In this document: piece by piece, positions 1-12,425 of the stretch
How the letters are laid out: every line of letters starts with the position of its first letter
Numbering within the stretch: position 1 is the stretch's first letter
DNA from: Octopus bimaculoides
Taxonomy: Eukaryota
Reading direction: 5' to 3'
NCBI RefSeq assembly: GCF_001194135.2
Contig: NC_068982.1
Coordinates: 114,708,026 to 114,772,025 of the forward strand
Length of the DNA stretch: 64,000 bases
Made by a program: the position numbers and the translations under genes
Notes under the pieces: generated by a model
Told to the model about the DNA's origin: nothing
The model's database searches: none
What the model saw: the letters and a program-made list of their open reading frames with translations, nothing else

Positions 1-1304
1 GTGGTTTAGACACCGATCACCCAACTGGGCTACATGCTACCAATTGTGAGTAGAATATAACAGGTACTTTTTCAGGTACCTGTTACTTTGTTTTCAACAT
101 ATTAATGCAGAGGTCGGAGAAATTTTTAACCAATTACCCGCAAAATATATTTGCTTACGCCGATGTTACCCCCTTGATTTGAAAGGAAGAAAATCATAGA
201 TTCTTTGAATGCGAAAGGTTTATTGAAACTAGTTATATAGAGAATACAATTATAAAAACAAAAAGCATAAAACGAATGCAATCAAACACATTGATATCCT
301 CATTATGAAACGAAAGGATTTTTCTAGAAACTTTTTCACTTGAAGTTTTGTTACAATTACATCAAAATTGGGGCATTTTGATACCTGAGCAATTTGGATA
401 CAGTCTTCGGGGTCCAATCTATTGCTCTGCTTTGCTTTTATGTCCATTAGAGTGGGAAATCCTTGTTTGTAAAGGTAGGTTGTTGCAAAAGGCAGTAACT
501 TTTTTGACTACCTCTTCAGGCCAGAAGAAAAATTTCTGTCGTAACAAGGAATACAATTTTTTTTATATATAATTTTACTCTAATGAGTCCTCATTATCCC
601 CAAGAATTTCCTTTTTTACCCCACTTAGGGTAATTTACCCTATTTCGCCGACCTTTCTATTAATGGGTTAAATCTATCTCCACTTAAAGAAACAAAGAAC
701 GACAAATTTAGCAGAATTGTAACCCAAGCTCACGCTGATAGACGTATATGTATACATATTCGCACAGACATATGCATAGCAAATAAATATAAAAGACACA
801 TACATACACGTTCACAGATATACAATGACATTTATACAGATACGGTAAACACGCGCGCACATACGCACAGACATGCACGCACATAAATATATTTACGGTT
901 AAAAATACACGTATACACATTGAAATACATTTTCTCACACACACAAAAGCACATTCACACACCAACACACGACGCATTCACATACACACACGTAAGCAAG
1001 CATACAAGCACAATCACACATATTCATACACATTCACACATAAACACGGACACACACACATAAACACACATATACACACACACTAACATTCACATATACA
1101 AACACATTCGTACACATACACACACACACACACTCTAAGTTCGTTCATACATCATAAACGCAAAGTGAATACTAATAATTGCTAACGTGTGGGTGAGGTG
1201 AATGCGTTAAAATATCAGTGTGTATGAATAAATGTATGTGTGAATAAATGTGTGCGTGAGAATATTGTTTTCCCTGTTTATATCAATATGTATATTTGTA
1301 TATT

Positions 1305-1359
<55 letters not shown>

Positions 1360-1430
1360 NNNNNNNNNNNNNNNNNNNNNNNNNNNNNNNNNNNNNNNNN
1401 NNNNNNNNNNNNNNNNNNNNNNNNNNNNNN

Positions 1431-1478
<48 letters not shown>
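1305..1478. repeat. (AT)n and (GT)n microsatellites flanking an assembly gap
   Basis: Direct reading. N run at 1360-1430. The same pattern (microsatellite collapsing into Ns) occurs at most gaps in the window. Confidence 0.95.
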
Positions 1479-1481
<3 letters not shown>

Positions 1482-2066
1482 ATTTAAGCCCGCGTATAAT
1501 TAATTTGCAATTTGAAGTTTTAATGAATCTCTCCTTTGCCGACGTTAATTCCAGCCAGAACTACAGAGAGACTGTAAGGTGCGATATATTCCATATTTGT
1601 ATTCAGTGAAGCTATGTTCCCCTCTTTTATATATATATATATATTTTTGACATCTATTGCACAAACAGCAATATGCATGGAATAGAAAGGAGTCATATAT
1701 TTATCCTTTCCAAAAAAAACAACTTATGTACATAACCTTAGTTATGTGAGTAAAATGTTTCTACCGCAACTAAGTGGTTTCGGGTTCGATTGCACTGCGT
1801 GGCACCATGGGTATATATATATTCTAACAAAGCCTTCTGTGTGAAATTTAACAGACAGTAAGTGTTTGGATGCCCGTTGGAGAAATCTGTTTTTCTTCTT
1901 TGGGCGGTAGCCTTAATTCGTCACCTTGTTCAAAATCACTACCACCTGGACATTAAGAACCTTTGGAAGAGTTCATTCTATTGCAAATATTCCTGCCAGG
2001 TCTGGGAATAACTACCTTCCTTTATCCCACTAGCCATGGGCTCTGCTGTTCCTCTTTCGCTTAACT

Positions 2067-2441
2067 GTTGTTGTTGGCACTCCGTCGCTTACGACGTCGA
2101 GGGTTCCAGTTGATCCGATCAACGGAACAGCCTGCTCGTGAAATTAACGCGCAAGTGGCTGAGCACTCCACAGACACGTGTACCCTTAACGTAGTTCTCG
2201 GGGATATTCAGCGTGACACGGCTGACCCTTTGAATTACAGGCACAACAGAAACAGAAAGTAAAAGTGAGAGAAAGCTGTGGTGAAAGAGTACAGCAGGGT
2301 TCGTCACCATCCCCTGCCGGAGCCTCGTGGAGCTTTAGGTGTTTTCGCTCAATAAACACTCACAACGCCCGGTCTTCGAATCGAAACCGCGATCCTATGA
2401 CCGCAAGTCCGCTGCTCTAACCACTGGGTCATTGCGCCTCC
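2067..2441 (-). mobile_element. tRNA-derived SINE, full length with target-site duplication
   Basis: Minus-strand head GGAGGCGCAATGACCCAGTGGTTAGAGCAGCG...GGTTTCGATTC has A/B-box-like motifs. Short (CAA)n tail. 11-bp TSD TTCGCTTAACT at 2056-2066 and 2442-2452. Body shared with the copy at 7815-8118. Confidence 0.85.
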
Positions 2442-3059
2442 TTCGCTTAACTACTTAACAAATAAATTCTTTTATAATACATTCCCATTATTTTCATTTT
2501 TTTTCTGTGATTTTCATCGGTCACAAACTCCAGAAGACAGATATTATCGAAACAAGTATTTACAAACACGTACCTTCAGAGTCTTTGAGTTCGCTACTAG
2601 GCATGTCCATTTCGAGGGTTTTCTTCTTTTTTTATTTAACATCATTTTTACTTATTTCCAACGGTTTTACATATCTTCCAACGGTTGCGGATAAATAAAT
2701 TACATAAGAATGTGGTTATTGAAGGAAAAGATTTTATGAATGTGATTTTTCACATATAGGCTAAAATCTCAGGTCTGAAACTTTTGGTAACTGCTACTGG
2801 CGTATCATTGTGTATATATCGGACATTTTCAACCGAGAGGTGAACGAGTGTCTCACTGTCCATGTGATATTAATGTTCCAGGATCATAGAGATATTAGAG
2901 GAATAACACTGGAATCTAAAGCATTGCAATTCAAAGCATATGAACTATATCGAGTTCTTTTTGGTCTCGTATATTTTTCCAACTCGGCATAATTTTCCAT
3001 ATTTCGTATGTATATTTCGTGTGCAAGATTCTTGATGTGGATACGTGTGTTGAAAGAAA

Positions 3060-3226
3060 TACAATTAAACCTTGGGAGAGGCATTATGCCGGTAATAAAC
3101 ACACGCACTGGTTCAGTCCTTTATTAATTTATATAGTTTTTAGTTAAAACTATATAAATTAATAAAGGACTGAACCAGTGCGTGTGTTTATTACCGGCAT
3201 AATCCCTCTCCCAAGGTTTAATTGTA
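3060..3226. repeat. near-perfect palindrome (81-bp arms, 5-nt loop)
   Basis: 3060-3140 is the reverse complement of 3146-3226 with one mismatch. Loop TAGTT at 3141-3145. Confidence 0.95.
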
Positions 3227-5682
3227 TAATTTTCCATATTTGAGTTCAAAACAGTGAGTATATTCTCTTCAAGTAGTAAAATATGATTTGTAGCATCATA
3301 ATCTGGTTAAACAGGGGAATACTTTAAGATTCCTCTAAAAAAAAAAATGGTTGGCTCTTTAAATTATCCATTTCTGGTTGCTTTCCTGATGATTCTATTT
3401 GATGAATAAAGAATCAACACCAATTTATGCGTGCAGGTTTGACTGTGTACTTAAGAGGTTTGCGTCAAAATTACTTGAATTTTTGATTGGATCTCACCGC
3501 GCAGGAATCTGGACATCTTTAGTCCCAACTCTGACATATTAGGAGCAATGCTATTCATCACTGTATTGTTACAATAATAGAATATACACTGCTAAAAGTA
3601 GTGTGATGATGAAAGAAACATACCCAAATGCAAAAGGCATTCCAAAATGCTTGAGCAAGTGAAACAATTTGCTTATTGAACCTATTCTAAACATTGCCCG
3701 AGCAAGCTGCTGCTTTTGTTGTTGTTGTTGCTGCTGCTCCTGCTGCTGCTGCTGATGATGATGATGATGGTGATGGTGATGATGATGATGATGATGATGA
3801 TGCTTCTCTTACTGCTGCAGTAAATTATCCCTAGATCAGCCTTGATTCAACAAATCTGTGATCAAAAACGTTGAGACCATGATCCTCCCTCTCGTAAGGC
3901 AAAATGTTTGTAGGACTATATATATAGTCATCGATACACACATATGTAGGATGTAGTTTCAATGAGACTTGGCTGCTATTTCTGATTGTTCGATAACCAC
4001 GTATAAGCTCGTAACATTTCTCTTCCGCTTAGCTTCTTTTTTTTCTCAACAACTGCAAGGCTTTCCATTTATGTACGCTAAACTTGATTGACCAAGTTTT
4101 CTCTTAGATAGCAAGAGAAAACCTTTTGAGAGTCTTGTCTTCAACAAATCAATCTGAGGATGGTGAAGTGTTCGTGGTGGGAGACAAGCAGAGATCCGAA
4201 ACACACACATATAGATATATACATATACGACGGTCTTCTTTCAGCTTTCATCTCCTAAATGCATAAGGCTATAGTAGAAAACAGAGCAAGAACATGGAAA
4301 AAATTCGTGTTGCTATTGTCGCGATTAAATGGAGCCGCTTAAAACGGTCGTACTGCAGTACTATTTGCCATGTTGTTGCTTATTTTGATTATGCGTGTGT
4401 ATTATATAAGTATATCAGATATATGCATACATGTATTATATATCAGCTTTTATCTTCTATTTGTTTCAACGATATGACTTCGGCCGTGCTGTAGCACCGA
4501 ATAAAATGGTTTAGGCAAAAAATCAACCCCCAATAATCATACATATTATTAACTGCAAACCGAACTAATGCATTTAACAGGTTATTTATTGTTCAGCACT
4601 CGTTGTTGTGTATGGCCACAGCTTGTCTTTTTCATTTGTATATTTTCATCTGTTATCGTGTTTCTGTCTTCATTTGTGACCTATAAGCTTAAATTTTTCG
4701 TGGAGTTTTTTCTTAAATGGCTTAAACCCATCATTTACACATAATTTTGTTTGTATATTCTTTTTTGCTCTTGATCATTCATCACAGTTTTCTTCCCTTA
4801 TTTTAGTTTTCATAATGCATGCTTTTGAGAGTTAAGTTGTACCACAAAGATCTTTCTTTAAACAAGTATTCCGTATCTACTGCGTTGATGTCAAAGATTT
4901 TCATTAATATTTGGAGAAAATCATTAAAACACTTCTGCCCCCCAACTGAACGATTTTCTTGAAATGACTCACTGTAAAAGATCGTTTAGTGTTTGCTATA
5001 ACTGGAGTTCTAATCAATCGAATTTGATTTGGGGGGGGGGGGCTGTTAGAAAAAAAATTTTAAGTTATCAATGACGAACAATGAATTATCTGGATACAAA
5101 CTCCATTTGCTCTTCTTTTTTTTTTTGTTAATAAAGAGAGAGGAAGATATTTCTGGAGGGGCTAGTATTTGTCATTTTGGGAGAACCATTGCAGACTGAT
5201 ATGTGCTCGTAACATACTGAACCTTTCTAAAACGAATCAAAAAACAATGAACCTTAAACAGTTGTTTCTAGGTTAGACAGTTGAGGTTCTGGATAACGTG
5301 TCGTTAACATCTGTCTTCTCTCTGTTGAATAGGAAACTACTGATTCAAAGCTAAATTTTCCTTTGTGATTCATTGTTGTATACTTTCAGACGGTTTTAGA
5401 TGGATTTTTTAATCAAATGCTTTTCAAAAGTCACGAAATATTTTGTCTACTTGCTCTTCGTGATTTGGTATCTGCTTCAAGATAATTATGAATTATATTT
5501 GAATTATTTCACATTATCACTGCAACAGAGTTTTCGTTCGTCGGAAATGTTACAAGTTTTTTTCGCTATTTTTTTTAATTTTTTTTACATGATATTTTTT
5601 ACTAACGCTTTTATATACGGATTATATCACCTGAATTACTATTCCAGTTTATGTTGGATGGAGTAGGATTAATATTAGCTTC

Positions 5683-5728
<46 letters not shown>

Positions 5729-7814
5729 ATCTATGGGGATTACTTAATACAGTTTTGAAGTGTAAAGGTGATTTTTTAAAAATTATTTTTCAAAAAAATG
5801 TTATGAAATCTTTCATCAGGATGTTACTAACCTTTTTGGGAAGAAGTTTTTTTCTAGTATGTGAGCACTTTCGTTTAACTTCTCTAAACACACACACAAA
5901 CACACACACAAGCACGCACGCGCGCGCGCGCGTATATGTATATATATATATATATTAACAATAATTCTAAGATAGAATTTATAAGTATTTAATACATCGC
6001 TACGCACATTTCCACAAATCACATGATTTTGACATCAGAGTCGGTTTCCTTGGGATAAATATTTATAAATTACAGCCCTAGAACTATTGTTATTATTATA
6101 TTTATCCTGCATTATATCGGTATAACCATGATGAAACCCCGAAAAACTAACTTACTAGTTAGTATTAGTAGACATTAGCCGGCATAATGTAATAGGAGCT
6201 TTATTTGTATACCCCTAACGTTGCCATAAACGAATTTAAACGATATATATATATATATATATATATATANNNNNNNNNNNNNNNNNNNNNNNNNNNNNNN
6301 NNNNNNNNNNNNNNNNNNNNNNNNNNNNNNNNNNNNNNNNNNNNNNNNNNNNNNNNNNNNNNNNNNNNNNNNNNNNNNNNNNNNNNNNNNNNNNNNNNNN
6401 NNNNNNNNNNNNNNNNNNNNNNNNNNNNNNNNNNNNNNNNNNNNNNNNNNNNNNNNNNNNNNNNNNNNNNNNNNNNNNNNNNNNNNNNNNNNNNNNNNNN
6501 NNNNNNNNNNNNNNNNNNNNNNNNNNNNNNNNNNNNNNNNNNNNNNNNNNNNNNNNNNNNNNNNNNNNNNNNNNNNNNNNNNNNNNNNNNNNNNNNNNNN
6601 NNNNNNNNNNNNNNNNNNNNNNNNNNNNNNNNNNNNNNNNNNNNNNNNNNNNNNNNNNNNNNNNNNNNNNNNNNNNNNNNNNNNNNNNNNNNNNNNNNNN
6701 NNNNNNNNNNNNNNNNNNNNNNNNNNNNNNNNNNNNNNNNNNNNNNNNNNNNNNNNNNNNNNNNNNNNNNNNNNNNNNNNNNNNNNNNNNNNNNNNNNNN
6801 NNATGTATGTATGTATGCATGCATGCATGCACGTATGTATGTGTGTATGTATGTATGTATGAATGTATTCATTACGAATGTGTCGTAGCAATTCGATATC
6901 GTCGTAAAAGTGTTATGCTATTTCCAATGTTAAGACTTGGAATGGTAAAACGTTGTGAGAATGGCACAACTTATATAAAATTGGATAAACTCAGTATGTT
7001 CAGAAGTGAATATGTCTTCACTTATTAGCGATCTTTTCACGATAGTAATGACTTTCTAACAATCCTCATTGTGTGTTGGGGTGGTGTCCAGGAACTAAAA
7101 GCGGTATTCTGGTGGGAACTTATTCTCTCCGTTCGTTTATAATTAGTAAATTAAGATACCCGTCCTTAATTTTCATCTCCACAATTTCTTTTATGTCTCA
7201 TGATATTTTAGAGATTGGCTATCGTCAGTTTCATTTCAGTAGTTATTGTTACAGTTGATTGTCCCGAGATCAATCCTTACCAAAGTGACCAATTGGCCCC
7301 TTAAGGGTGACCCGGTGGATTTTTTCATATATAATAGCGCAGTTGTTGTAGCTAATTGCCAGGCCAGCTCGGATCCTGCAGGCTAATAATCAAAAGCGTT
7401 ATAACCGTGACCAAATCATTTCTTTTCAGGCTTAGTGCATCTAAGTCAACATGATCTAAGATGGTAGATCGTGATTTGAAGATTTTGTTGCTATTTTTTG
7501 CAAGTCGAGTGACCACATAGATGCTACTGCCCTAATTTGAAAATTTGTTACACATTATGAACCTGCGTATGTTTCTTTGGTCATCCCACGAGCTTTGATA
7601 GTATATATCCTATGACTGGAATGATATATAAAATATTAGTATGATCCCTACAGAGTTTGGAGTAAATGCTAAGAATTGCATCGAGAGGATCACATCCATT
7701 GATGACATCAGAGTATCTAAAAGAAGATGCGAGCTAATTCCATCTTAAACAGTTCAAGAAAAAGTCACAATGTAATTTTGTGGAGAACTCAACTGGTATT
7801 CCGTCGGTTACGAC

Positions 7815-8118
7815 TATGATGGTCCCGGTTGATCCGATCAACAGAACAGCCTGCTTGTAAAATTAACGTGCAAGTGGCTGAGCACCCCACAGACACGCGT
7901 ACACTTAACGTAGTTCTCAAGGAGCTTCAGTGTGACACAGAATATGACGAGGCTGCCTCCATTTGAATTGCAGGTACTACTCATATTTGCCAGCTGAGTG
8001 GATTGGAGCAATGTGAAATAAAGTGTCTTGCTCAAGAACAAAACGAGCCACCGGGAATCGAACTCACGAACTTAACAATAGTACACCGAATACCATAACC
8101 ACTAAATCACGCACCTTC
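7815..8118 (-). mobile_element. tRNA-derived SINE, diverged, shares 3' body with 2067-2441
   Basis: Shared body TTGATCCGATCAAC(G/A)GAACAGCCTGCT...CACAGACAC(G)TGTAC. The tRNA-like head differs (GGGAATCGAACTCACG on the + strand). A related head occurs at ~37340-37445. Confidence 0.75.
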
Positions 8119-8387
8119 ATTTATGAAGAATATATCTTGTATTAAAAGAGTGGATGATTAGAAACGGTAGAGTGTCGAACTTGATACTTTGTGGTACATA
8201 GTTATGCTTCTCTAGGTTCTTAGTCAAACTCACACTATAGCATACTTTGCCTTTCCGTCCTTCACAGCCGATAAAATAGGTATCAGCAATTTACTAGAGT
8301 TCACTTAGTAGACTACACTCTTTCTTTAAAAAATTATAAGCTTGTGTTGAAAATTATAAATTTATGCTTCAATATTTTGTTTATGTC

Positions 8388-8830
8388 AAGGCCGCGAGCT
8401 GGCAGAATCGTTACTTCGCCGGGCTAAATGCTTAATGGCATTTCGTCCGTCTTTGCGTTCTGAGTTCAAATTCTGCCGAAGTCGACTTTGTCTTTTATCC
8501 ACTCGGTTTCGATAAAATAAGTACCATTTGAATACTGGGTTCGATGTAATCAACTAGTTTCCTCCCCCAAAATGTTAGGCCTTGTGCCTATAGTAGAAAG
8601 TATCATTGGTCAGCATAAAGGTGGCAAGCTGGTAGAATTGTTAGCACGCCAGACAAAATGCTTAGCAGCATTTCGTCCGTTTTTACGTTTTGACTTTAAA
8701 TTCCACCGAAATCCACTTTGCCTTTCATCCTTTCAGGGTCGATTAAATAAGTACCAGTGAACACTGGGGCCGATGTAATCGGTTGACCTCCTTTTTCCGA
8801 AATTACTGGCCTTGTGCCAAAATTTGAAAC
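8388..8830 (+). mobile_element. two adjacent copies of SINE family A (AAGGCGGCGAGCTGGCAGAA... head)
   Basis: Both copies contain GAGTTCAAATT(C)CGCCGAGGTCGACTTTGCCTTTCATCC...AAGTACCAG-like sequence, as in the 18086-18483 copy. Confidence 0.8.
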
Positions 8831-9325
8831 CCATATTTTGCTTGTGTGATTAATGTCCTTTTTATTTGTTGTTTCATGAACGAAGTTTTGCATTTTTGTT
8901 TTAGGATAAGTACGAAATAAACAGATATAAGGAAAAGAGGTTGTGTGGCAAATACTTAATATTCGACTTAAACTTCATAGTTTTGAAAGTAGATGTAACC
9001 AGCTGAGGTTATTTCTCGTGCGTTGGAAGAAAATTCTTTAAAAATTACCTTGCCTCAAACTAATAACTATACTCTCCCTTTCAGCAACGTTACAGAGAAT
9101 ATTACCAATATTAGACATGAAGTTTTCTAATATCTTTTAAGTGCAAGACTTTTCGTCATTTATCAAAGAAATGAATAGAAAAAGGCACTAAAAGAAAAAA
9201 AACAATAAATATCTTAATCAAATCAAATTACTTTCGTTTCGCTTTCGCTTGTAGGAGAGTAATATAAATTGTGACGTTTTCGTTAATTATTTAAGATTAA
9301 TTAACTTTCGTGCCAGATAGTTCAG

Positions 9326-9409
9326 AATGCGCGGGCGCACATACGCACACATACACACATACACACGCACGTGCACAGACACACACATACACACATACGC
9401 ACACATACA

Positions 9410-9459
<50 letters not shown>

Positions 9460-9600
9460 CACACACAGATACATACATACATAAAACAGATTAAAGACGT
9501 AGCACATACATACATGCATACATACATTCATACATACATACATACATACATACATACATACATGCATACACACACACACATATACATACATACATACATA
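9326..9600. repeat. compound (CA)/(TA)/(CATA)n microsatellite
   Basis: Direct reading. Source of the HT/YI/CV-repeat pseudo-ORFs. Confidence 0.95.
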
Positions 9601-10443
9601 CGCACTACAGCCATAAAGGATACTCATCAAACAGTGATCATATGAGGTGGTGGACCTATAACCCCATCCCAAGAGAAGGAGATTATTACAAGAGTCGTCA
9701 TCAGTTCAGACGTTAGAAGTCTAATCAACTCGACATCCTCCGTGCAAAGAAGAAAGATAGTCGCGGCAGAGTTGCAGGAATAGCAATCCGACTTATTCAA
9801 TTAGCAGCTGCACCAGATGCATCAGCTGCAATAGATGTAGAAGTAAGAGAAAGACAATGATTTATCATTACCGTTATTATTGCTTCTCTATTATGCTTTC
9901 TTTTTCCTCCGCTGCATTATCAGGATTGTTTACGTGTACTTCAAGAGTATGGTGTATTGTTTTATGTGAGTCTCTTTCAAGAATTCACTTTGTGATCGAA
10001 CTCATATAAGATACACCTAGTTATCTCCCTTTTTTATTAGCATAAGTACAAAAAAAATTATTATTTTAACTGTTTTCTTATTTATTATTTCCGAACTACG
10101 TTCACACGCTTTAACCATTGTAATCAATGTAAACATTCATATGACTGGAGTTAATAACTCACAGACGCATAAATGGAAATAATTAGTAGCATAATTAGAA
10201 ATACTTATGCAGTGAAGAAAATCAGCTTAAGTTCAATGACTAATATTAATTTAATCAACTTGGAAAATACAAGAGACATCTCTGAATATGTTTTGGTTCT
10301 ATTAGACTTCTTCAGTAAAGTTCCACTTCCCACACAGATATACAATATCATACATGTGTAGCGTGAAAAATTAGCATATTTAAAAAGACTAGTATTGTTT
10401 ATAAAACATACTGTGAAGTGAAAAACTTCGATTCAATGAAATG

Positions 10444-10484
<41 letters not shown>

Positions 10485-11012
10485 NNNNNNNNNNNNNNNN
10501 NNNNNNNNNNNNNNNNNNNNNNNNNNNNNNNNNNNNNNNNNNNNNNNNNNNNNNNNNNNNNNNNNNNCAAGAAAAATAAGTTCAATAAAATTAATTAATT
10601 GAATTTTTTTTTTAATATAAAAGTACTGCAGACGAGAGTGAATTTAGTCTTTAAACTAACTGGTGAAAAACAAGAGATGTCTCAGTCTTATTAAAACTTC
10701 TTAGCGAAGCATTTCTATGCTGTAGGCTATATTTAAAAGTGATTAGTATATTGAGAGAACACGGGGAATGTAGTGACATTGTAGCTGAGGGAAGCGTTTC
10801 TGTATACTGTACTAAATATACACGCGGTACACATGTGTAATACAGGGAGTTAAACAAACTTTAATTAAATTACATTACTTATGCACTCAGTACATAAAAA
10901 CTCTCTCTATGGTTATTTAGAATCTAAAAGTAGCAACCTAGCGGTAATTCCAATAAAATCAACTAACTGAATTTTAAAAAAATTAAACGATATAGTTAAC
11001 AAAGAATCTTGT

Positions 11013-11723
11013 CGGATCTTTCTGAATTGACGGACACCACTTGTTTTCTTAACGCAACACTTTCAAACTTGGGATACTGGTAGAATGTGTCATATAAAAC
11101 ATCTTTTTCTCTTAGCCTTCTCAACAAAAATGTATATATTGCAAGTTAGTTCATGTTAAAATTGTCGTATTTCTGTAATTTCAACCAATCACTGATGTCT
11201 GAATACAGTTACTGCTGTTTTTGTAAACAATAATTTTTGCCGGTGTCAAGATCGTTATTCCCTAGGGTTAGGGTTAGGGTTAGGGTTAGGGTTATGAGTT
11301 AGGTTATGGCAAAAATAATCATAACCCTAACCATAATCCTAAAACTAACCCTAACCCTAAAACCCTAAAGCTAAAACCAGTACAAATGCACGAACGATGT
11401 TATAAATAACAGTACCGCTAATAGTTGTTGTTGACAAACAACGGCACTAATTTTATTCAAGGGAAAAGATCCCATTACACTGCACATCGTGTGGTGTTCA
11501 CAATTCACAGCAGTAATTATTTTCACCTCCATTGACGTCAGTGATTGGTTGAAATTACCGAAATACGACAATTTTTTACATGAAATGACTTCGAATAAAA
11601 AAATTTTTTATCTGTTCTATAACACAAAATATACAAGTATACGAAGTTTGAAAGTGTTTCAGTACCAAAAACACTACATAAAACATAAATGAAAAGTGGT
11701 GCCCGTCAATTCAGAAAGATCCG
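11013..11723. mobile_element. foldback (MITE-like) element with long imperfect inverted arms and a central TTAGGG/CCCTAA core
   Basis: CGGATCTTTCTGAATTGACGGACACCACT (11013-) pairs with AGTGGTGCCCGTCAATTCAGAAAGATCCG (-11723). A second inverted block AAAATTGTCGTATTTCTGTAATTTCAACCAATCACTGA (~11158-11196) pairs with ~11537-11575. (TAGGGT)n at ~11262-11295 faces (ACCCTA)n at ~11324-11368. Confidence 0.75.
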
Positions 11724-12189
11724 TCTTGTCTTTAAAGCTAACTGGTGAAAGCAAGTCTTATCAGACCTCTTCGGCATTGTACAGTCTACCCAATTGACAA
11801 GATTTCAATTAGCTGCTTTTACTGGAGTCAACCCCTTGCTTGTTTTCAGATTTTTAAACACTCCTAGCGAGAGGTTATGCATGAACAACCGATCGAAGTT
11901 TTTGACTTACTTTATTACATATATGAGACACCCACTCTATTCATACTTACTATACAGAATGTTTCCTTTGAGAAATTTCCCTCAGCCCTCTTATTTCTAA
12001 TTAGGTATTTTACATTCAATACAAATATTCCGACACCAACCTATTTTTATGGAGTTTACATTGTTTAATCTATGAAGATACTTTCCATCTATGATCTCTA
12101 TTTTATATGTTACGTCTCATTCTCTCCTAATCATTATATTTTGAAAACTTCTCATCTTCTTTCAAAACTGCCCTGGTCAAAAGAAATCG

Positions 12190-12425
12190 ATATAATGACT
12201 AATAAATACTGTTTCCTGATACTATCCTAAATTATAAAATCTAGAGATTTCCATAATTTCCCTATCAGTTTGTACAGGCATGTCCAAATGTATTTTTGTC
12301 TGTTCATTTTCAATAATACTTGTTGGTGAATATTTATATCATTCATCGTCTGCCCTGATATGATAGTATTTTCATATTGCCCAATTAATATATCTACATT
12401 ATCTGTCATGCCTGTCTATGCATTC
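12190..12425 (-). mobile_element. degenerate R4/Dong-like non-LTR retrotransposon fragment (region before the RLE endonuclease)
   Basis: Minus-strand reading HDR*CRYINWAI*KYYHI...YKYSPTSIIENEQTKIHLDMPVQTDREI resembles the RHD-x-V-x3-IHW...ENE-x2-KILWD-x2-IQTDR motif of RLE-type LINEs. Many stops. Confidence 0.55.

Noticed and set aside
2380-2441. SINE heads as functional tRNA genes
   Set aside because: They have A/B boxes but no complete cloverleaf, and they continue directly into a repeat body with a TSD.
9640-9860. GC-richer island reading MRWWTYNPIPREG...*KSNQLDILRAKKKDSRGRVAG...
   Set aside because: Internal TAG, no supporting splice pair, and no recognisable family.
11262-11368. TTAGGG/CCCTAA arrays as a chromosome end or fusion scar
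   Set aside because: The arrays are short and degenerate, embedded in a repeated foldback element that recurs at 36302-36592.
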